From NCBI GenBank assembly GCA_044342325.1, contig JBIIPZ010000030.1, positions 1-40,828 on the forward strand: a stretch of DNA of 40,828 nucleotides. The letters run 5' to 3'. How positions within the stretch are numbered: the stretch's first letter is position 1; every line of letters begins with the position of its first letter. The DNA is from Terrimicrobiaceae bacterium (GTDB taxonomy: Bacteria; Verrucomicrobiota; Verrucomicrobiia; Chthoniobacterales; Terrimicrobiaceae). The position numbers and the translations under genes are program-made. This document shows, piece by piece, positions 35,185 to 40,828 of the stretch. Below the pieces are notes generated by a model, which had not been told where the DNA came from, searched no databases, and worked only from the letters and a program-made list of their open reading frames with translations.

Positions 35185-36546
35185 TCAGCTGATTTTTTCC
35201 AACAGGTAGTTTTTGAGGTCGGAGATGGCGATGCGTTCCTGGGTCATCGAGTCGCGATGGCGCAGGGTGACGGTGTTTTCCTTTTCAGGGCCGTTTTCGC
35301 CGATGGTGTCGAAGTCAATCGTGACGCAGAAGGGTGTGCCGGCCTCGTCTTGGCGGCGGTAACGGCGTCCGATGGCACCGGCTTCATCGTAGAAGACATT
35401 CATGATCGGTCGCAGGGCGGTGGCGATCTCCTTGGCTTTTTCCACAAGCTGGGGCTTGTTTTTCAGCAGCGGGAAGATGCCGCATTTGATCGGGGCCATG
35501 CGGGGATGGAAACGCAGGACGGTGCGGGTCTCGGAGTTTCCTTTCTCGTCGGTGACCGTTTCCTCGTCGAAGGCCTCGCAGAGGAGCGCGAGTGTGGTGC
35601 GGTCGACGCCGGCGCTAGGTTCAACGACATGCGGGACGAAGCGTTGCTTGGTGGCCTCGTCGAAGTAGTCGAGCGGCTTGCCGGAGTGCTCGATGTGTTT
35701 ACCCAGGTCGTAGTCAGTGCGGTAGGCGATGCCTTCCAGCTCGCTCACGCCGAATGGAAACTCGTATTCCAGATCGTAGGTCTTCTTCGAGTAGAACGCT
35801 CTTTCTCCATCCGGAATGTCATTGATGTGAATCTTCGAGCGGGGAATGCCGATGTCCTCGTAGAATTTGAGTCGTTGCTCGAGCCAGTAGTCGGTGAGTT
35901 GCATTCCATCCTCTGGACGGCAGAAATACTCGATCTCCATTTGCTCGAATTCGCGGGAGCGGAAGATGTAGTTGCGGGGATTGATCTCATTACGAAAGGC
36001 CTTTCCGATCTGAGCGATGCCGAAGGGGAGCTTCTGGCGCGAGGTGTCGAGCACATTGCGGAAATTCACAAAGATCGCCTGCGCGGTCTCCGGACGGAGA
36101 TAAACAAGGTTGTCCTCGCTCTCAAGTGGACCCGCGTGGCTCTTGAACATGAGATTGAAATCGCGCGCTTCCGTGAGGTCGCGGCTTCCGCATTGTGGGC
36201 AGTATTTTTTCCCGTCCTTCTCAGGTAGTTGGTCAGCGCGGTTGCGGGAGTTGCACACTTTGCAGTCGACCATCGGATCGCTGAATGTCTCCTCGTGACC
36301 CGAGGCCTTCCAAACCGCACGGTTCATGATGATCGATCCATCCATTCCCTCCATGTCGTCACGCTCGCGCACATTGCGCCGCCACCAGAAGTCCTTGAGG
36401 TTTTTCTTCAATTCCACGCCCAGCGGGCCGTAGTCCCAGAAGCCGTTCAGGCCGCCGTAGATTTCGGAGGATTGGAAAATGAACCCGCGTCGCTTGCACA
36501 GGCTGACGATTTTTTCCATTCGGGTGGCAGAAGCATCTTTGGACAT
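35185..36546 (-). CDS. glyQS: Glycine--tRNA ligase, homodimeric (GlyQS) type
   Basis: LCKRRGFIF, DYGPLG, YLRPETAQ, GKAFRNEI, REFEQME, EPSAGVDR and GRRYRRQDEAGTP. Start at ATG 36546. Confidence 0.97.
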   Translation of the reverse strand: MSKDASATRMEKIVSLCKRRGFIFQSSEIYGGLNGFWDYGPLGVELKKNLKDFWWRRNVRERDDMEGMDGSIIMNRAVWKASGHEETFSDPMVDCKVCNSRNRADQLPEKDGKKYCPQCGSRDLTEARDFNLMFKSHAGPLESEDNLVYLRPETAQAIFVNFRNVLDTSRQKLPFGIAQIGKAFRNEINPRNYIFRSREFEQMEIEYFCRPEDGMQLTDYWLEQRLKFYEDIGIPRSKIHINDIPDGERAFYSKKTYDLEYEFPFGVSELEGIAYRTDYDLGKHIEHSGKPLDYFDEATKQRFVPHVVEPSAGVDRTTLALLCEAFDEETVTDEKGNSETRTVLRFHPRMAPIKCGIFPLLKNKPQLVEKAKEIATALRPIMNVFYDEAGAIGRRYRRQDEAGTPFCVTIDFDTIGENGPEKENTVTLRHRDSMTQERIAISDLKNYLLEKIS

Positions 36547-36675
36547 AAGCGCGGAATGAAACCCCACTCGCGCCGTGGCGTCAACGCGGCAGTCGTGCTT
36601 CCGCTTTTTACGAGGCGATGAATTTTGCGAATCACACGTCTTGCGCCGTGTGCGATTCGGTTTATCGTTTTCACC

Positions 36676-36816
36676 ATGTTTGAGCTGACGCGCCGCGAGC
36701 AGACGCTTGTTGTGGGCATTGTGTTCATTCTGGTGCTGGGCCTCGGTGTCCGGCACTGGAGAGAGTCACGCCCTGACATCGCCGCCCCCGCTGCCGAAGC
36801 CGCGAAGACCAACTAA
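36676..36816 (+). CDS. Small 46-aa single-TM protein
   Basis: MFELTRREQTLVVGIVFILVLGLGVRHWRESRP...; its stop overlaps the next ATG (TAATG). Confidence 0.65.
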   Translation: MFELTRREQTLVVGIVFILVLGLGVRHWRESRPDIAAPAAEAAKTN

Positions 36817-37247
36817 TGCAGAACACAGGATTTCAAGAAGCCGTCGAAACGGTCTGTCAAGAGGACCGTCGTTATCATCCCGAAGCCTATGCCTTCCTCC
36901 GCGACTCGCTCGAGGCCACGATCAAGCGCCGCAAGAAGTCGAAAAAGGAGCCCGGCCCCCATGTCGGTGCAGCCGAGTTGCTCGATGGCTTTCGCCTTCA
37001 CGCCCTCGCAGAGTTCGGTCCCATGGCGCTCATGGTTTTGAATTATTGGGGAGTCAAAGCCACGGCGGATGTTGGGCAGATGGTCTTCAATCTCGTTCAA
37101 GCCGGCATCTTCGGGAAGACCGATGAAGATACGGCGGAGAGCTTCCTGGATATCTTCGATTTCCGTGAAGCCTTTGTCGCTCCCTTCCGTCCACTAGCCG
37201 ATTCTTTGAACGGCGAGCCCCCATTGCAGGTCGGAAGCCTTCTATGA
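36816..37247 (+). CDS. Minf_1886 / TIGR04138-like Verrucomicrobia-Planctomycetes-restricted protein
   Basis: DRRYHPEAYAFLRDSL, HVGAAELLDG, EFGPMA..VL..WGV..T.DVG..VFNLV..G...K...D....F...FDF pattern. Confidence 0.85.
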   Translation: MQNTGFQEAVETVCQEDRRYHPEAYAFLRDSLEATIKRRKKSKKEPGPHVGAAELLDGFRLHALAEFGPMALMVLNYWGVKATADVGQMVFNLVQAGIFGKTDEDTAESFLDIFDFREAFVAPFRPLADSLNGEPPLQVGSLL

Positions 37248-39868
37248 AATCCCGTCTTCTCACCACTGCCATGGCAGTTGCCTTTTCCTTTATGCCCGAC
37301 CACACCCAAGCCAAAACCTTCGACAGCATCACGGTTCCCGAATCCAAAGCCCAGGTCTTCTCTTACGAAAACGGCCTCACGCTTATCGTCGAGGAGGATC
37401 GCAGCGCACCGGTGGCCAGCGTGCAGGCTTGGTGCGGCACGGGAAGTATTCACGAGGGTGAAAAGATGGGTGCCGGCCTCTCGCACATCCTTGAGCACAT
37501 GCTCTTCAAGGGCACCGAGAAACGCCCTCCAGGCGAGATTGCCAAGCAGGTCCAAAACCATGGCGGTTACATCAATGCCTACACTTCCTTCGACCGCACG
37601 GTTTACTGGATCGATGTCCCTAAAGAAGGCGCCTCGGATGCCGTAGCGATCCTTGCCGATGCAATGCAGAACGCCACGCTGCCCGAGGAAGAATACACCA
37701 AGGAGCAAGAAGTCATCCGCCGTGAGTTTGCGATGGGATTCGATGATCCCGGTCGCCAGAGCTCCCAGCTCATGCTTGACACGGTTTTTACCACCAGCCC
37801 ATTCCGGCATCCGGTGATCGGCTACCTCGATGTCTACAACAAGCTCACTCGCGAGGATGTCCTGAACTATTATAAATCCCGCTATGTCCCGAACAATCTA
37901 ACTTTCGTTGTGGTGGGAGATGTCGATGCCGCTGCGATCCACAAGGAACTCGGCGAGCTTTTTGATTCCGCTACCCGCAAGGCTCTCGAGCCGGTCTATG
38001 TCGCCACCGAGCCGCCTCAAATGGGCCGCCGTGAGATTCACGAGGAATTCCCCACCGAGCTTTCCCGGTTGTCGATGTCCTGGCGCGTGCCGGGTGTGAC
38101 AAATTCCGACACGCCCGCATTGGAAATCCTCGGAGAAATTCTCGGCTCCGGTGCGAGTTCCCGCCTGAACCGTGAAGTCCGCGAGCGAAAACAAATCGCC
38201 CACAGCGCTGGCGCCGGTATGTTTTCCCTCCAGTCCGAAGGCGTCTTTCTCATGCAGGCCGTTACCGATCCCGACAAGCGCGAGGCCGCCGAGAAGGAAT
38301 CCCTCGCCATTCTGGAAAACCTCAAAAAGGACGGCGTCACAGAGGCGGAACTCGACCGCGCCCGCCGCTCGCTGCTCTCCTCGCAGTTGCACGGCCTCAC
38401 CACGGCGCGCGGCAAAGCATCGGACCTCGGTTCGAACTGGATGCTTACCCGTAATCTGAATTTCACCCGCCACTATTTGGACCAGATTTCCAAAGTCACA
38501 GTCGCCGATGTTCTGCGCGTCGCCCGCGAATACCTCCGCGACGAGGCGCTCAATGTGACCTCTCTCAACCCGCCCGTTGCCAAGCAGGATGCCGCAGAGG
38601 TTGCCGAAAACAAAGCGGGCGAAATCAAGAAATTCACCCTTTCTAATGGCCTCCGCCTCCTCGTGCGTGAGGATTCTCGCATCCCGCTCGTTGCCATGAG
38701 TGCGGTCTTCCGTGGCGGCCTCCTCGCCGAGACGAAGGAAACAAATGGCATCACCCGCCTCTACTCCCGCACCATTCTCAAGGGCACAAAAAACCGCACC
38801 GCCGAGCAACTCGCCGACGATATCGAAGGCGTGGGCGGCAGTATCGGGTCGGACAGCGGTAATAATTCCTTCACCGTGTCGGTGGATGTCATGCGGCCGG
38901 ACCTGAAGCTCGGTGTCGATATCCTGGCCGATGTGCTTTTGAATCCCACCTTCCCCGAGCGCGAGGTCGAGTTGGAAAGGCGCACGCAGATCGCCGGCAT
39001 CAAGGCCGACGAGGAGCAAGTCACCTCGGTGGCCCGCAATCTTGTTCGGGAAAATCTCTTCGGCACGCATCCCTACGCCCTGCGCAATCTCGGTTCGCCG
39101 GATTCCGTCTCCGGCATCACTGCCACGCAACTCCGCGAGTTCCACAAAAAATTCGCCTGCGCTGCAAATGGCGTCATCTCCGTCTTCGGCGATGTGAAGG
39201 CGGAAGAGGTCGTGAAACTTTTTGAAAAATCCTTCGCCGCCATGCCCAAAGGCACGCTGGCATTTGAGAATGTCGAAAAGCCCGCTCCCGTTGCAGGCCT
39301 GGCTCCCGCCACCGCGCATCTCGACAAGAAACAGGCTGTCCTCATGCTCGGCTTCCAAGGCGCCTCGGTGAACGACTCCGATCGCATCGCTCTGGAATTG
39401 ATCAGCGAGGCCTCCAGCGATCTTGGCTCGCGGTTCTTCAATCGCATCCGCGAGCAGATGGGCCTCGCCTACTTTGTCGGAGCCGCGCAGTTCTGCGGCC
39501 TCGCGCCCGGCGCCTTCCTTTTCTACCTCGGCACCGATCCTCAAAAGATCGAGCCGGTCACCAAGGAAATGCGCTCCGAGATAGAGGACCTCGCCACAAA
39601 CGGCCTCACCGAAGAGGAACTCACCCGCGCACGCGCCAAGCTCCTCGGCGGCGAGGCGATTCGGAACCAAAGCAACAGCGCTTTCGGTGCCGCCGTGGCC
39701 GTCGATGAACTCATGGGCCTCGGCGTCGATGCCCACAAACGCCGCAAAGAGGAGATCGAGAAAATCACCCTCGACGACACGCGCCGCGTCGCCGCAAAGT
39801 ATTTCCACTCCGATTCCCGAGTCGAAGCCACCGTGCTTCCTCCCGACAAAAAAACATCCACCAACTAA
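37244..39868 (+). CDS. M16 family zinc protease (pitrilysin/PqqL-like, two-lobed single chain)
   Basis: Inverted zinc motif HILEH, NAYTSFDRT, a second LSNGLRL domain lacking HxxEH, and IREQMGLAY; possible signal peptide. Confidence 0.92.
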   Translation: MKSRLLTTAMAVAFSFMPDHTQAKTFDSITVPESKAQVFSYENGLTLIVEEDRSAPVASVQAWCGTGSIHEGEKMGAGLSHILEHMLFKGTEKRPPGEIAKQVQNHGGYINAYTSFDRTVYWIDVPKEGASDAVAILADAMQNATLPEEEYTKEQEVIRREFAMGFDDPGRQSSQLMLDTVFTTSPFRHPVIGYLDVYNKLTREDVLNYYKSRYVPNNLTFVVVGDVDAAAIHKELGELFDSATRKALEPVYVATEPPQMGRREIHEEFPTELSRLSMSWRVPGVTNSDTPALEILGEILGSGASSRLNREVRERKQIAHSAGAGMFSLQSEGVFLMQAVTDPDKREAAEKESLAILENLKKDGVTEAELDRARRSLLSSQLHGLTTARGKASDLGSNWMLTRNLNFTRHYLDQISKVTVADVLRVAREYLRDEALNVTSLNPPVAKQDAAEVAENKAGEIKKFTLSNGLRLLVREDSRIPLVAMSAVFRGGLLAETKETNGITRLYSRTILKGTKNRTAEQLADDIEGVGGSIGSDSGNNSFTVSVDVMRPDLKLGVDILADVLLNPTFPEREVELERRTQIAGIKADEEQVTSVARNLVRENLFGTHPYALRNLGSPDSVSGITATQLREFHKKFACAANGVISVFGDVKAEEVVKLFEKSFAAMPKGTLAFENVEKPAPVAGLAPATAHLDKKQAVLMLGFQGASVNDSDRIALELISEASSDLGSRFFNRIREQMGLAYFVGAAQFCGLAPGAFLFYLGTDPQKIEPVTKEMRSEIEDLATNGLTEEELTRARAKLLGGEAIRNQSNSAFGAAVAVDELMGLGVDAHKRRKEEIEKITLDDTRRVAAKYFHSDSRVEATVLPPDKKTSTN

Positions 39869-39875
39869 AAAAACC

Positions 39876-40277
39876 ATGCCCGAAGTCCAATCCGCCACCC
39901 ACTCCGGTGAAATGACCCAGCGTTTCATCGAACTCGTTATGATGCAGGCCCAGCAGGCCGCCATGTTTCTAGGCCATGTGCCGAATCCCCAAACCGGCCA
40001 GCCCGAGGTGAATCTCGAGTTCGCCCGCATGTTCATCGACCAAATCGAAATGCTTCAGGAAAAAACCCGTGGCAACTTGAGCAACGAAGAGACCCAGATG
40101 CTCACCAGCGTCCTCTCCGACCTCCGCCTCGCCTTCCTCCAAGCCTCCAAAAATCCTGCTCCCGCAGCGAGTCAACCCGTCGCGCCGGCAGTCGAAGCTG
40201 CGCCTACGCAAGTCACAGCGGCAGCGGAGCCCGAATCAGAGTCGCGCAAGCGTTTCAGCAAAAGCTACGGCTCATAA
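39876..40277 (+). CDS. DUF1844 domain protein
   Basis: AAMFLG.VPNP.TG....NLE.AR.FID.IEML.EKTRGNL..EE..ML..VL.DLRL.F pattern; start at ATG 39876. Confidence 0.85.
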   Translation: MPEVQSATHSGEMTQRFIELVMMQAQQAAMFLGHVPNPQTGQPEVNLEFARMFIDQIEMLQEKTRGNLSNEETQMLTSVLSDLRLAFLQASKNPAPAASQPVAPAVEAAPTQVTAAAEPESESRKRFSKSYGS

Positions 40278-40287
40278 GGACTCAGGC

Positions 40288-40350
40288 TGTAGCGGCGGTC
40301 TGTGACCGCCGATGGCTAAGGATTCCGGCGCTCACAGAGGCACCGCTAGA
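40288..40350. repeat. GTAG-type REP doublet (REPIN-like)
   Basis: tGTAG-cggcggtc-tgt-gaccgccg (40288-40311) and an inverted degenerate copy cggcgctc-aca-gaggcaccg-ctaga (40326-40350). Confidence 0.7.
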
Positions 40351-40712
40351 AATGAAAACGGTTCCCTGAAAATCCAGAGGGCCCGTGGCCGTTGGTATCA
40401 GGCCTTCTCGATGTTTTGGACGAAGCGCAGGCTCACATCGCCGATTTCGAGGTCCAGGGCTTTGGCGGCCGTGCGGAGAAAGCGCTCTGTAGCGTCTGTG
40501 AGGGTGACATCGAGTTTGCCTAGGCTTTCCGGTGGTGCGGAGAGGGCTTTTTTTCAAGAATGGCTTTGACGGCCAGCGCGCAGTTTTCTGCGGAGTCAAC
40601 AAGCGTGACCCCCGGCCGTGCGGTGCGGGCGATGGATTCGCGCAGCAACCCAGCATTTTCTGAATGAAAAGCGCTTGCCACGCCCGGGTTCTGGGATTAT
40701 GCAACACTACCG

Positions 40713-40752
40713 AAAAAATTGGCGGCCGGGAGGTTCAAGCTCCCGGCCGCCA
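40713..40752 (-). terminator. Rho-independent terminator for a minus-strand gene entering from the right edge
   Basis: 13-bp perfect stem tggcggccgggag/ctcccggccgcca with an A6 tract to its left. Confidence 0.75.
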
Positions 40753-40797
40753 TCACTAACACTGGGCCGTCAACCGCAAGGAAGACGGCCCTCTCTT

Positions 40798-40827
40798 TTA
40801 CTGCGCCTCCGGATCCGCAGAATCTTT
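40798..40827 (-). CDS. Probable 3' end of an unidentified gene (partial, ...KDSADPEAQ*)
   Basis: TAA at 40798-40800 in a frame open to the window edge, just upstream of the minus-strand terminator. Confidence 0.35.
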   Translation of the reverse strand, partial: KDSADPEAQ

Positions 40828-40828
40828 A

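Overview
Mostly core-genome segment of a GC-rich bacterium, very likely Verrucomicrobiota (inferred from a Minf_1886/TIGR04138-like gene, homodimeric GlyRS and A/C-rich leaders lacking Shine-Dalgarno motifs). The left ~8 kb is accessory. It holds a stand-alone polyvalent-protein-type kinase and an FdhF/YdeP molybdo-oxidoreductase. It also holds an AraC-linked divergent unit encoding a TIM-barrel sugar isomerase and a 764-aa triple fusion of a MocD-like membrane di-iron oxygenase, a Rieske ferredoxin and an NqrF-derived FAD/NADH reductase. This fusion is a candidate self-sufficient O-demethylase and the top finding. The rest contains gpmA/GT4/gpgS, an isolated rpsJ-rplC pair closed by a terminator, yihY, lolC/E, a thioesterase plus menF-menD-menH, parB-desaturase-FAD oxidoreductase-DUF1365, a lipoate ligase-coaE-rplI-dnaB run, a TPR-like protein, ahcY-metK divergent from an SahR-type regulator, ilvB, glyQS and a small protein-Minf_1886-M16 protease-DUF1844 operon. 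Notable non-coding features are a 32-bp inverted heptamer repeat spanning the metK-ahcY spacer, a GTAG REP doublet, a 9-bp tandem repeat and several promoters and terminators. No rRNA, tRNA, CRISPR array or transposase was seen. All family calls come from motif recognition by eye, not from database searches.
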